Source: Rotaria socialis (taxonomy: Eukaryota). From it: a stretch of DNA of 64,000 nt. The translations under genes and the position numbers were made by a program. Below, piece after piece: positions 1-14,376 of the stretch; positions within the stretch are counted from its first letter, which is position 1; every line of letters starts with the position of its first letter. The stretch covers positions 1 to 64,000 of the forward strand of contig CAJNYD010000226.1 in the NCBI GenBank assembly GCA_905331295.1, in the 5' to 3' direction. Below the pieces are notes generated by a model. The model made no database searches. It was not told the origin of the DNA and worked only from the letters and a program-made list of their open reading frames with translations.

Positions 1-468
1 AATGGGACAAATGAGCTTACAAAATAATGTTCTTGTTATAAAATAAGAGAGGGGAAAACAAAACAAAAGCAGAAATCAGAGAAAGAAAGACGAAGAAAAA
101 AACAATAAAAATAAAGATAAGATAAAATAGAATGAAATAAAATAGAAATGAACAAGAATGATAAAAAAAACAACCCAATAGGACATTCCTTCATAGCATT
201 ATAATAAGCGAAGCGTCTATCAACGAAACGAAAACCGAAAAGTAAGAGAAGTGTAAAAAGGAAGAAAAGAGAGAAATAAAAGGCTATCAGCAAATATTGA
301 CTATCTGTTTGACATGGAAGGTAGCGAGGCAGAACAAGGCTCAGTTGTAATTGCACCAAAGAAATAGAGACAGACAATAAAACAAAAAGACATAATAGTA
401 ATAATATAATAATAAAATAATAATAAAAGCATGCAGCGACTCAGCGTTGATACGTGTTCAACCTTGAC

Positions 469-1055
469 TTACGGAACTTCTGCTTGAACTGGATTATTAC
501 TACCACCTTTGAACATTTGGATCAGTTCATTGTGTCGAATGTTATTTTCGACCAGTTGTTTCTCCAAGTGAAGTTTAAGCTCCTTCATTGCTTTTTTGTC
601 ACTACCCTTGCCAGTAGATATATGTTCACTAATTGATGGAATACTAGTCTGCTTGCCATTATTTATTTCCCTAACGCATTTTTTAAATCTTGGCCTCACG
701 AATTTCCTCCATAGTTTCCATAGTAGACCACCGACCGCGCAGCAACTAATAAATGACAACAAGAATTCCCGCCACGAACAGTGTGAACGAGGTTCTCCGA
801 ACACATGATTTTCGATGTTTTTATCTTATTGTTATGGTTGACTAACGTGTTTATTAGACCTTGGTTTTTGTTGTTCGTTTGTTGTTGATCTTCCTTTCCT
901 GTGCTTTGACTGTCAAATTGCTGTTGTGCTTCAAGTGCTGTATGAAGAGCTTTATCAGGAGGCGTACGGCTACCCTGGTTGTAAATTGTACTGTCTATTA
1001 TGCTAGAGATGATGAACGTGGAGAATATGCAGGTTAAACGGAAGTATCGATTCAT
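469..1055 (-). pseudogene. Two overlapping short ORFs with a signal-like and a TM-like segment; possible retroelement accessory/env-like remnant
   Basis: ORF 696-1055 begins with a hydrophobic stretch. ORF 469-804 has a TM-like segment followed by a basic patch (KLWRKFVRPRFKK). No recognisable family motif. Confidence 0.2.
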
Positions 1056-1111
1056 TCCGGATAATGTATCAAACGATTAATCAATATTGCGTATTCACTT
1101 ATTCGAAGACA

Positions 1112-2615
1112 GAGTTAAACGCCTGTTTAGTTTAATAAACCAGTATATAAGTAGATATCATGTATCGCAGATGAGTATGCATATATATGTGCATAAAATG
1201 TTTCGTTCGTATTATTTTATTTTTGCTTTAGAGTGTTGCTCTTTTCCGATTCTGTTCTCACACATCTCTTCTCCACTTCCATTTCTTCAATTTTCTTCTA
1301 CCCACCCTGACCGTCGTCTCTTCTTTCTCTCTGTGATTCATTCAATCTGTTTTGTCATGATGACCTTAACTGGATCTATTGTTTAAAAGAAAATCTCTCT
1401 GGGGATAAACCAAAGCAAGATAACTCATCCTCGTTGCAATCAATAATTGAGTCAGCCGTCCCATGAGTTTTCACCCATTTAATCGCTTGTCCAAAGATAT
1501 CCACATGTGATACAAATCTTTTCGATCTATATAGACAACGAATCGATTTTGCACCTTGGTGCTAGATAGTTCTATGTGTATTAAGTTGTGATTGCTCCAG
1601 TATAAGATATCCATCCGTGAACTTGGCGAGTGCTTTTAGATAATTTTCTCAATAAACATAGCAATGGTCATCTAGTGATTTCTCTCTATATAATGATGAA
1701 AATAGTAGATCCTGTCAGCATTGACAATAATAAATCCGTTTTAAAAGTGTGAAGTATAGATGGTTAAGACCAGCACGCTGCGAATCGGTTAGTAACGGGA
1801 AAATTTCAAATAGCCACGTGAAATGTGGCCGCACGAATGTGGAGAAAAGTGCTCGTCCTAAATGGGTGGATGATGCACCACTAATTTTGAACGAATTAAC
1901 CAGTGCTGCTTTCTGACGGACAGTAATTCGGATCTTTATTAGAATATTTCCCCAGCCTAGCTTCGTCGTTAGCCAATAACCTAAGTACTTGAAGGACTAG
2001 ATCCACTCAATCTTGTGATCTCCGCAATGAACTTGAGGCATCATGTTTGGATATACAATCGCTCTTGCCCAGAACATTGCTTGCGTTTTCGCATAGTTTA
2101 TCGGTTGTACAGATAATATCGAGTAGAATTCAAGTTGATCTAGGAACGATTGTAATCGACGCTCAAGATCAATGCACTGATCAGTAAAACGAAATGCTAT
2201 TTGCCCGGGTAGCACTGCTGCCAGATCATCTGCAAAAAAGAACGACATTGCTCCAGAGATATAATCAGTTATATCACTATGATACGTAATGAATAACGAG
2301 GGTGTAAGACTCAAACCTTGTGGACCACCACGATTAATTTCAATCCATCTCGATCTTTTACTCTGTACTTCGATGGTTGCTTTACGGTCCGTTAGCCAGG
2401 CACGAATTCAATTCACATACGCATGTGAGATTCCCAGTCTGATGAGCTTACCCAAACATCTTTCAAACCATAATTGGTCAATTGCGGACTTAAAATCTAC
2501 GAAGACAGTCGAAACCGGAGAGCTATTTGCCATGTATGATGAAATCTGCTCGATAAGTAATAACACACGCGTCTGTAATCTATATCCAGGACGAAAACCA
2601 GATTGATTATCTGCA
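1112..2615 (-). mobile_element. 5'-truncated, decayed non-LTR retrotransposon (LINE) reverse transcriptase plus probable 3' UTR
   Basis: Minus-strand translation gives RT motifs NQSGFRPG, VFVDFKSAID, RGGPQG, LFITY, FFADD and FKYLG, broken by stops and a frameshift. Coding similarity fades near 1400 and is followed by a purine-rich tail. Confidence 0.85.
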
Positions 2616-4760
2616 CTGTAAAAAAAAGCGTAGAATAATAAACCATTAGAGGGTTTATGAAAGTGCAACATAGACTGAACCCTTTTTACCGTATGTCAAA
2701 ATTTCTATATACCCTTTCATATACCTCTACTAAGGGTATATGGAAGGGCTTAGTGTACATTGCACTTTCGCAGACTCCTTCAGGTACCCTTAGAAAGAGT
2801 ACATGACAGGTTATTTGATATTTATAAACTCTTTTGAAGATTTTGATGCAAGCTAAATGAGAACAACAAGTCTTTGCATGAACCACCAAAGTAGGTTTAT
2901 GAAAAGATTTTTTCATAGGCGAATCGATTTCAGAAAGCTTTTTGCACTTTCTTCCATATTGACAGGAAAATATACGAAGATCCGATTTTCTAAGATATCA
3001 GTAAGATATAAAATATACCGGGAGAAGAATTTTTCAGGTTTGTCGTATTTTACGCTTTTACTGGAAACATTCATTTCAATCTAGAAATTCAAAGAGATAT
3101 TCTCTATGAATTCATATGAAATCTTATGCAGAAGAAGTCTAAAAAAGTTCAAGAGTTTAAAAGAATTAGTAATGAATGGTTCATAAAGAATCGTCATAAT
3201 AGTACTTTTGAAAATGCACAGAAGTAGATAGATTTGATATGGCTGGGTCCTTTTGCAAACCTGTCTCAGAATTACCTCTAGAAAATAGTGTATTTTTTTT
3301 TATCAGGATACGTATTTTGTAAGGCAGCTTAACACTTGGAATAGCCCAGAGATGCTATCGAACGCAAAATACAAAATCTAATTTTTGTCATCATACTATG
3401 TTGTGCTTTCTTGGTGGAATTTTAGTGTACTCATGTTAAGCAATACTATCAAGTCATTATGCGAGCTGGCACTTCTAAATATTATTTGTACGAAAAACTA
3501 AGAAAAACAAAAAGTAAAAAACATTTCCTTGAAATGGATTCATTCAAACTTGACAAACCGATCGCAAGTAATAATAAAGGCTATATGACACTACTGATTT
3601 ATTTCCATCTAATATCATATAATGATTATGACGGATAACACATGGTCGAACAAATTATACGTATTGGGACGTAAAACTATTCTTTCCAAGCGCATCTTCT
3701 GAGAAGTAACTCTTAAAAACAAAAAAGTAATCGCAAACCTATTCATTTCATTGGTCGTAAATGTTCAAAAAACTAGTGCTCTATTAAATCGATATGAATA
3801 ACAGAAACCTATACTTACTCTATCGCCACGTTGTTCAGCACAAACTAATAAGCCATCATAAAAAAAGAAATAACGGTTACCATAAGTAAAACACCTACTA
3901 CTTGAATCAAAATTAATAATCACCCGTTGACCATGTTCGAAAACACCCACTAGACAAACTCGATATGATACGTGCAGCTCGATGTATAAATAAACTATCA
4001 ACTTCATCAAAACCTGTCTTCACCATCACCTATGTTGTTCATCACTAGTTGCAAAAAAATATTTCCATGACTGTAGATTATTAGTAATAAATTGTGTATC
4101 AAACAGAATCTATACTCACCGCCGGACCATGTTTTATATCAATCACTAGAGAAAAAGATGAAAATACATTCATGTCAACAAATAACCTATCGACTGTTAA
4201 ACCATATTCATCTGCACTTGAGGACAATCTTGTTCGACAGTTGCAGAATAAAAACAAATATTTAAAAGACCACAGATTCACACGTATAAATAATTTATTT
4301 AATTATTTAGATTTATGTTGTGACGATCTGTCCGATTCGACACTAGATAACAATAAAGCAAAAATGAATGTTCGTTAACGTAGGTTAACCAATCATATAT
4401 TGAACAGTATTGAGCCACCAGTAATTAATTTATGAGGACCAGTACCTAGAACAGAGAAAAAGATATATGCAGATTCATGCAAATAAATTAAATATTCACC
4501 TCACCTAAAGACTAATATATGCAAGTATATGTTATTGATCACCAGCCGGATAAAAATCCATTTAATAGATTGTCAAATAATTTGTACAAAATCATCTAAA
4601 TAATGCATTGACCATGTTTTATAGTAACCAATAAATAATCGAAATAATATAATTCTAAAACGATTTAAATGAAATGAAGAAATACTTACTCATTCAACGC
4701 GATACTAATTGAGCTATTGTAGAATTTTGATGATCGATAACTAGAACCGAAGCAAATATA

Positions 4761-5391
4761 TGTCAGCGTCCAATCTCGGATTCAGGCCAATCTAAGATTC
4801 GCCTAGGCCAATGTTAGATGTCAATTATGGCCTAGTTGAAACTGAAATTTCAGATTGGACTAACACTATTTCAGGCCATTCTCGGATTGATCAAATATAT
4901 CCAGTCCAATCTTAGCTTGGCCTAAAATTGTTAGGCGAATCTGAGATTCGACTAGGCCAATCTTGGATTCGACTGGACTAATGCGTAATAAATTCTAACG
5001 ATAAATTCAAGTAGTAATGAGATAATTAACTGGAACATTATTTTCAACGAAATAGATAATATAAATACAAGTGAACGTTACAAAACAAAATTCAATTCAA
5101 AATGGTGTATGCTGTTCAACAAAGTGCCATAAAAAAGGTTCTAATTGTAAAAATATGGGACATTGATGATAGTTTTTTCAATTCATATAGTTGTTATATC
5201 ATGAATTGAATTTTGTTTTGTAACGTTCACTTGTATTTATATTATCTATTTCGTTGAAAATAATGTTCCAGTTAATTATCTCATTACTACTTGAATTTAT
5301 CGTTAGAATTTATTATGCATTAGTCTAGTCGAATCCAAGATTGGCCTAGTCGAATCTAAGATTGGCCTGAATCCGAGATTGGACGCTGACA
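4761..5391. mobile_element. Non-autonomous foldback DNA transposon with TGT...ACA termini and a 4-bp TATA TSD (Ginger-like)
   Basis: TIR TGTCAGCGTCCAATCTCGGATTCAGGCCAATCT at both ends, tata on both flanks, long internal inverted arms (~4955-5099 vs ~5203-5350) and a repeated GGCCAATCT motif. Confidence 0.8.
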
Positions 5392-6674
5392 TATATATCT
5401 GGCACTACTCGTATAATGTTAAGTTTTAGTTTTCTTCCAAAACTAGTTTTTCAATCCAATATGTATTAAAGCACTCTTTTAGTCATTTTACAAAAATACG
5501 AATAGCCGACTGATATCTAAATTATTCAATTTGTTCACATGAAACTTATCCATTCATCTTTGTCTTTCATATTGACCTATGTGAGCAAGTCAATGGAGAA
5601 AACAACTGAAACATGTACTGTATCGAGATAATATGAAAGTTCGAGTTTTATTAAAATTTTTCATTTCATTTAGCCGACTTGAAGCATAGCAAAGCAACGA
5701 AATTATTTGATTACAATTATTTGAAAAAAGTCGTAGATATCACAATCGCGAAATGTGTGATGTTAAGTTTCTAAAAATTTTCATCACAAAAATGTTCCGA
5801 GGATTCATTTAGTTAATTAATTTTAGTTGGTAACTACCAATCTTATTCAAAATAAATGATCTACAATGTAGAACAAAGAGAAAAATCAACAACACATCGA
5901 AGGAATAAATTCAACTGTTTTATATTCGCACGATTCTCTGTTCGATTGTAGTCAACTATGATCCGGTCGCGGTAAATAACCTATATTATATCAAGATGAA
6001 ATAGTAAACAATAATATTCTTTGTATGATTGTACTGGCAGTAAAATAATGTAAATTACATTACAGTGGATAACAGTGATGTCACTTGAAATGAAAATGAA
6101 GCGTCTCATTGAAACCAATCAAAGAGAGATTTATTGAGATCAGATGATGTAATCAGTTTCAAAATTAAATTGACACATGTAAACATGATTAAATAGGTGT
6201 TTTCAACAAATTGAAAAACAAATTAAACAGATATTATTTTATACAAAGAAAAACTTCTATGTTTGCCAGCGGTGAAAATCATATATGCTGAAATGATTTT
6301 ATTGTATTAATAGAATACGACTAAATTTTGGTTAATATTTGTTATCTTTCTTCATCGTTCGCATTGTTTTTCTCGTAATATAGCTTACAATAGTCAACAA
6401 AAAACATATTTATTTACCAAAAAGGAGTCTCATGAATCGATTCAGTATGAAGTTGTTAACTAGAATTCACATTTTTCATTAAATTGACAACTTTCTATCA
6501 AATTCTATTTTCAAGCAAAAACTACTTGTTTAGATAGAAGCTTTTCAAATATATATATAATGTTTGTCTTGATTCTTTTATTAATTCTCTTATTATCAAA
6601 AACGTAAGGCAAACTAAAAAGATTCAATTTTGTTATTTTATCTTTTTCCTTGATGGCTCTATTACATTAACAAG

Positions 6675-6978
6675 CAGGGATGTAACAATACCATTTGGAG
6701 ACACATAAAGATCGCCAATTTTCACAATGCAAATCTACCAATATCAACAGAAAAGATCCCCAGTATTGATGATTATTGGTAAAAAAAACGGTAATTTTCA
6801 CGAATATTCACCAATACTGGGGATCTTTTCTGTTGATATTGGTATTTTATATACTCCTATCAGATAGAGCTAACTTCGCTGGTTAGAACTAACACAAAGT
6901 ATTGGTTGGTATTGGTAGATTTGCATTGTGAAAATTGGCAATCTTTATGTGTCTCCAAATGGTATTTTTACATCCCTA
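6675..6978. mobile_element. hAT-type MITE
   Basis: CAGGGATGTAA...TTACATCCCTA termini, ~70-bp TIRs, 8-bp TSD ttaacaag/ttaacacg and an internal inverted repeat. Confidence 0.85.
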
Positions 6979-7156
6979 TTAACACGTCAGTACTAAAAAA
7001 ATATTAATATTTCTTTCTGATCTAAACAACATGATTTTATCTGTGACAAGAATCTTGATATTAAATATGATTAGTCATAGATCTATCTGTATATCGATTT
7101 ACATTTAAAATACTTTTTTTTATTAAAAATTAGTATACGACAGGTTCAGCATTTAT

Positions 7157-7290
7157 TGTATACTCAAAAAGTGAGTACACTCTAGATTCGGTCAGTGTCC
7201 GTCCGTTAACACGATAACTCTTGAAAGCCTCATCCAATTGTCATGAAATTTTGCACACTGAATGATCTCATTAATATCTCAGTCGAGTAC
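7157..7290 (+). mobile_element. Truncated Helentron/HINE-like (DINE-1-like) element, 5' part
   Basis: Shares TACTCAAAAAGTGAGTACACTCTAGA.TCGGTCAGTG..TCCGTCCG..CACGATAACT..ATGAAATTTT.CACAC with the element at 60231. Confidence 0.65.
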
Positions 7291-10200
7291 ACATAACAAT
7301 CGGATACGAATCCGATGTTTCCCCATTTATTTTTTAGATAATATGAAGTTGTAATTGACTTTGAATGATGAATGGTTCAAACTTTATTGTCATGTCATGA
7401 GTATCAGATAACTTCCTCATCGGTACGCTCTAGTCAAAACATACTTATCTGCCAGTCTCTTCGTTTAATTTTTGTTATTTTATCCAGGGAAAAAGCAAGT
7501 AAAATTTTGAATTTGATAAGAATTCGGTGTTCCCGTCAGCATATTTTGCTTTCAATGTAGAGCAAAGAGCAAGTACTTGATACGATCTTTGTTGACGCTC
7601 TTGATGTAAATTTTTTGATGAAGTAAACGTTATAGCATATTTCCATCATGGTAAACAAGAAATAATTACAAACCATGATTGTTTCAATAGATCATACTTT
7701 CGATGATCGATGTTTCATTTTTATATATAATCGAATGGTAGGTACTTATTGAATCTAGGGTATATTCTGACTTATTGCACAATTAGTAAGATGTCGTATA
7801 AAAATCGAGCGAACAATATGCTTTACCCCTTTCTTCACGCGCATGGACGCATATCAGTTATGATTAATAGTCTTTGAATAAAAATATTAAAAAGGCATTT
7901 TTACCTGTTCTGTCAGAGGGCCTTGATACAAATGTTTTTCTCATGCTGTTTATTTAAATAATACTTTATAGGTTGCACACATATTATGTACAGGATAATC
8001 TAATGCAATTTGGCATGCCAGCAGCGTATCTCTGTTACTTTTGCGCGACCCCTGTGCAGTGATATGCATTAATTTTGTTTTCACCCGATTGTTATTATTT
8101 ATTCCTGTTCCCAGTTAAGCAATCAGTAGTTCAACAACTACTATTTTAAGTATCGGAAGATTCGAAGAGCAGCAAATAACTTTTCCCTTCAATGATAAGA
8201 TGACTCATTAGTTTATAAGAACCCTTCGTAAAACCGATACAAATACGAACTCATCATTGAGGTTTCACTTATGGATTCCTTGAAGGTATAGTGATAAATA
8301 TCATATGCCGTATCTGCTGTTAACATATACGCTTGAAGAATTTTACATAGAAATAATTTAATTTCAATTTTACTTCATCGCTTTTTTATGCATCAAGTCG
8401 TGATAAAATTTATTGGTTTTCAGCAACTAAAGATATCGAGAACAAGAAATTAACATACTACTTTATCTGCAAAAATCAAATTAATATGACGGTTTCTTTT
8501 GAAAATATATTTTAATATACGAATAATGAAATAATCTATATTTGAAACGATATTAACGTGTGGATATGTATTATGCAAGCACATGACAATCAAAAATAAT
8601 ATATTGTAAGACAAAACTAAGAAAAAGATTTCTACTCAAAGGATTAACGAGCATTATGATATTTTCAATTGTTGTATACAAAAAATCTACTAAACAAAGT
8701 TAGGATTCGATCAAATCTGTGGAATTTGTATAGCTTCTGTTTTATGATTCACTACATTCTTTTAGCATGATGATGATGATGATGCATGACTCATGTTAAA
8801 AGGACAGTTCAGTGTAGATAAACGTAATTGTGAGTCATTTACTTCGCATTATAATCTTCGGTAAAGAAACATCGTGAAGTATAGCTTGTTAATTCTAAAT
8901 TTATTTTAGTAACAATTTGAAACTACTCTCAAGATAGAAATAGATGAGAAAAAAACGTATTCATCTTATCTTTATTTATTTCAATTTAAAATTCTGTGAA
9001 TGTGTATCTGACAACAACGAAAATGAAAATAAGATCGTTTTATATTATCTGAAAATATTTCTTCTCTAACAAGAAAAGTAGTTATAAAAAATCAAGCTAC
9101 ATTTGATTTAAAGAATACTATTCAAAGCAGTATCGTGTACCGTCATCATATCATTGATTCTCTATATAGTATTGTTATGAAATTAGAAATATACTTTTTA
9201 TCATTAGTTGGAAATCATTCAAGGTCACATGTTGATAAAACTTCTGAAATAGATATTTTAGTAAAGAATGAACGTAGATAATCGTATGAAGAAAAATATC
9301 CTCAATTTTTAACTATTCTAGAAATTTTAATTTCTTTCTATGTACTCGTGCAAAGGCAGGTCGCTGAAATGTTGACGTTATTTCTTTATCTCAAGTATAC
9401 CACATTTAAAAAATCACTACATCATCTAAACTTACTAGTAGTTTTCGTATCATCTGGCGTGTTTACCTGTTAGTTTTTATTCAAACATTATCAAACAGAG
9501 TAAAATAAATACCCAATTCTTTAGATTCTCAAGAACTAATTTCTATTGATGGCATTCTTTGTTTTGCTCTATCAGTGCAGAATTACTTTCGTACGAAACA
9601 AGTTTCTGGTGACGATTCAAAATCCATTGCCCTATATCTTGAGTGCTGTTTTCTGCTAAAGTTTAAAATGCATGGATATGTGAGTTAGTTAGATAATAGA
9701 ATGATTTTTTTCTATATCCACGATGAAGCTGAAATAAAAGTAAAGCATCACTAGAGTTTCGGATTTCTGATATGGATTTTATCTATGCAATACAAGAGTT
9801 ATTATCAATGATATATACATCTATTATGACATATTAGTATATAGATAATATAATAGAGACTTTGGGTTTGTACCAGAATTTGAAATAATTATCTTTTACG
9901 AAATAATTTCTTTAGCAATAATATATCTAATGAACTGATTTGAATGTCTACGTTGTATAAAATCTACTGGGATGTTGTGAGGTAGTTAAATTTATTGTAT
10001 TTGTTTATTCTAACGGAGCATAACTGCAACCTGTAGAAGATCGTATCCTTATGTTTTGTAATCATTTTAGAAGAATGTATCCGTGTTTCAATGATTATTA
10101 TATAAAAATATCTAATCGAACTATTTTCTAAGAGATATATACCAATGATTTGCGATTTGCTTGTACTTGTCAAGGATTTATTTGATTTATTTTGATAATG

Positions 10201-10779
10201 GTTGATTAATTTTGTAATCATTCGATTGGTTATATAATGTAAATCAAGGTGATGCAAAATAAACTGTTTCGGTACATTTCTTCTTGTTTTTAAATTGCAC
10301 ACGGCGTACTTTTTTTTTTGCCTAACTATCAAACTTTAAGTATCATAAATCTTTGAAGATATCGATTCCTCTAATCGATTCAACTTCCTAGAAAATTGAT
10401 TTGTATTTTAATCTAAAGGAGAACATTTTTTGAATTTGCTTTCGTATCTCTTACTATACACATACCAGTAATAGCTACACGTGAATAGTTGCTGTATGGC
10501 GTAGAAAAAATAAACGATCGTGCATGGCACGTGGGTGAAACATGTATACAAGCACTGACATAATAGGCGTATTTTAATTCTATCTATCAGAGAATCATAT
10601 ACATTTATTTTCTCTCAAGAAAGTGTACTAACGTATTATCTAGTACGCTGTTTTCATAAGGCAACCGAGTGTTTAGTCTTGCCTATATAAAACAATCATT
10701 TCTTCTACCGCAATTATCAAACATCTATAAATACGCACAGAAATTAACAAGCATACATTTACCTTGTATCAATTGTGAG

Positions 10780-12642
10780 ATGACACTTACAATTGTTCTA
10801 TTTAGCTGTTTTATCTTTTTCATTATTGTATATCTGCGGACCATCAATAATTCTTATGATTATTTCAAACGTTCTGGTATTCCAGGACCTCCACATCGTT
10901 TCTTTTTTGGCCACTATCTAGATCTTTGGTCAGTTAACTCGGTCTCAAAAAAATTTCAAGAATGGACTCGTCAATATGGCTCAATCTATGGATTATTTGT
11001 AGGCACAACACCAATGTATGTTGTTTCTGACGTTGATTTTCTTCAAGAAGTTTATATTAAACAATTCTCATCATTTCATTCACGTCGTCTTCCAATTTTG
11101 TTACGTCTTCAAAGAGGCAATAGAATTCATTTATTGGGAGCAACTGGACTTAGATGGCGTCGTCAGCGACATGTTATTAATCCGACATTTTCAGCTGCTA
11201 AACTTAAACTTATGATGCCATTAGTAAATAAATGCATTGAAGCAATGCTAAAAAAGTTATCGGAAATAGCTTGCGATAAAGAACAAGAGATCAATATATA
11301 TACATTATACAAACGGATGACCATGGATGTTATATGTAAGTAAACCGATCCGATAGATATATTCACACATATACTTGTATTGCAAAATTGTTTAGGTCAT
11401 TGTGCATTTGGTATTGATACAGATATGCAAAATGATGTTGATAATATATATTTAAAAAAATCAGCTGAAACATTTGCCGTCGATGTTGATAAGTTATTCA
11501 TTGTTAAAATGACGGATTTATTTCCATTTTTTGTTAATCCATTCTGTCAATTTTATCTTGGTCAAATAGCTATTCGAAGATCATTGATAAGACTGTTTCC
11601 GGTCTTGAGCAAATATATTGAAGAAACACCTGGTTCATGGTTAACAGATCGTGTTAGAGATGTTGTCAATCTTCGAACTAGCTCATCAACAGCCACTACG
11701 ATCAAACGTATAGATTTATTACAACTTATGATCGATGCTTCGACAACATGTGATGTTCGCGTAAGATCGCTTATTTATATACAGAACAAAAAAAAATGAT
11801 TATTACTAAATATACACATAGAATATGCACGCCATCGTAGAATATTTAACATCATCTATTTTAATTCTACTACTATAAAAAATTTTAATCTGTTCATTGA
11901 AACCTAATGCATTTGTTTAGGATCATTGTGATGAACAATTCACGTCAAAAAAATTACATGAAGATGAAGTTGTGAGCAATGTATTTCTTTTTATGATTGC
12001 TGGCTATGAAACAACGTCAACAGCACTTGCTTGTTCAACATATATTCTAGCAACAAATCCCAAAGTACAAGATAAACTCATTGAAGAAATTGATCAAATC
12101 AAATGGGATGATAGGTCACATGACGAAGATACTTATGAATTAGTTATGAATCTTTCCTATCTCGAGATATTTGTACGTGAAGTTCTTCGAATGTATCCAA
12201 TAACAACCAAAGGACAAGTACGACAATGTAATCAAACAATAAATATTTCTGGTCATATTATTGAAAAAAGTTTGTTTACAATAGAAATAAAAAATGACTA
12301 TAAATCTATCTATGCTGCTTTTTAGATAGCATTATTCAACCCGATATATTCAGTATTCATTATGATCCAGATTTGTGGGGTCCAGAAGATCCGAATCTTT
12401 TTATACCAGAACGACATTTAGCTAAACGTCATCCGATTGCCTGGATGCCATTTGGTGTTGGTCCGAGAAATTGTGTTGGTATGCGATTTGCATTAATGGA
12501 ATTGAAAATGTGTTTAATTGAATTGCTTCAACAATATCGAATATTACCTAGTGATAAAACTGAAGAAGGATTTCAACTTCGAGAAAAGATTTCAATTGGG
12601 CCTGATGCAGTTTTTATTAAACTGGAAAAACGCTCTGTTTGA
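10780..12642 (+). CDS. Cytochrome P450, clan 3 (CYP3A/TBXAS-like); exons 10780-11335, 11396-11760, 11921-12269, 12326-12642
   Basis: N-terminal TM anchor with GIPGP hinge, WRRQR (helix C), AGYETTS (helix I), EVLR (ExxR), PER and heme motif PFGVGPRNCVG. Three GT-AG introns join in frame. Confidence 0.95.
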
Positions 12643-14376
12643 CATAAAAAGAAAACGGGTAACCCATAGACTTGAAATTATAACTTTATGATATCCATTT
12701 TTTTGCTCAATAATCAGTTTTATTTTTCTATCATTACGTATAAATTCTTTTTGTCTGAGAAATAAACAAAAGTGGAAGTCTACATTTGATGAATATAAAA
12801 CAAAAAGCTAACTAATAATGTTCTATCAATGACTAATATAAGAAATTCATGTATTCAACATTTGGATATTTCAAGAATATGTTACTATAATTTTATACAT
12901 ATAAATTACATTCGTTTTTGAATAATTTTACGAGTAAATATCTAAGATTATAAAATTGCAGTAGAGACTTATACAGTTGTACATATTGCATAGAAGAGAA
13001 GTTCATTGCATTACTTCTACCGTAGAATAGAACAGGCTAAATGGAACCATTAGATTCTCATATAATTATCAGGTGAGAAAAATGATGTAATCAGTACTAT
13101 TTAGAACGCTACATTTAATCCGATTCATTATTTCTGCATTGGCGGTTATTAATTAAATAGTGTTGTAATGCATTCTAATGATAATAGTATTGAAAAGTGT
13201 ATAAAAGAAACAGCTTTCAAATTGCACATGATTACATAAGATATTTATACAACCAAAGTAGCGCACATGATTAACAGTGGTTCACTCATTGATTATTTGT
13301 AGACTTAGAAAAATTCAACACTGTTGAAAATGCACTACATAAGAAAAATTACTGTTGTTGAGCTCGTGATAAGTAGCAACCAAGTTCAAGTGTCATGTCA
13401 ATCGTCATTCTTTCAGTAAATTTCACTTCACAAAATCATCCTTCATTGATTTAACAGGTCGGTCTCTTTGAAGTTATGTTTACTATGTTTTCTAATGAAA
13501 AAAGAAAAACTCACTTTCAATATGATGAATAGTTAATATCTATGTTATGTAATAAGATAATTCTTCATTTCTTCAAACGATAAGACAACGTTTTATTGTC
13601 AACCGTCTTATATATTCATAGAATTCTATGCAATGTGTTTTATTTTAACAGTAACTGAATAAGGAATCATATAGAGCTTTATTATTCGATAGACATATAA
13701 TCCTTCGATATGAGCACATAAGTCTTCCATCTACGTTTTCGTTTACATATTACTATATAAAAATTAAAAAATCATTAATGCTGATTCTTCTTGTTGTATG
13801 GCTGCTTTGAATAAAATTTATTTTAAGATGAAAATAATGACATAAATATGAAAACTGCAAAGCATTGTCTACGCATTTCTATGTGCCAAATGGTATCCTT
13901 GTCCCAGCTGTTTCTCACAAACGTTATTGAACATAAAACAAATCAGTTGAAACTTTATCAAATCACTTGTACTCATCCAAATCGCATTTCATTGATATTA
14001 GTTTAGTTTTGCTTAAGGTATCTTTGACAATAAGATTTTACATTGATGTGTTTTGAAGAATATATATATATATATATAAATTTGTTCAATATGTTTGTCT
14101 TCGATACATACACATGTCTTCAGTCAGATTCATTCTTCCATTCTAGAGGGTGAACTTTTGACCAAGTTTTTTTTTCTCTCATCTTTTTTCTTCTTCTCTT
14201 CTTTCTCACTCTTATACGTTCTTTAGTATAGACAATGCTCCATACTAGTAGTGCATACACATATCGTTACAGCACAAATTTTGTTTCATTCTCTTTTCTT
14301 TCTTTTCCCCTAGAACTTTATATAAGCATTGAGACTGCCAATTATTTTCAAATTTCTTTTATTTCTCAAATATTCG

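Noticed and set aside
36..377. 113-aa hydrophobic ORF (and similar ORF 53007-53426)
   Set aside because: The Phe/Leu/Ser richness is a by-product of low-complexity CT-rich sequence.
7330..10420. Possible decayed minus-strand coding fragments, including ORF 9964-10332
   Set aside because: Frequent stops and no recognisable motif; cannot be supported without a translated search.
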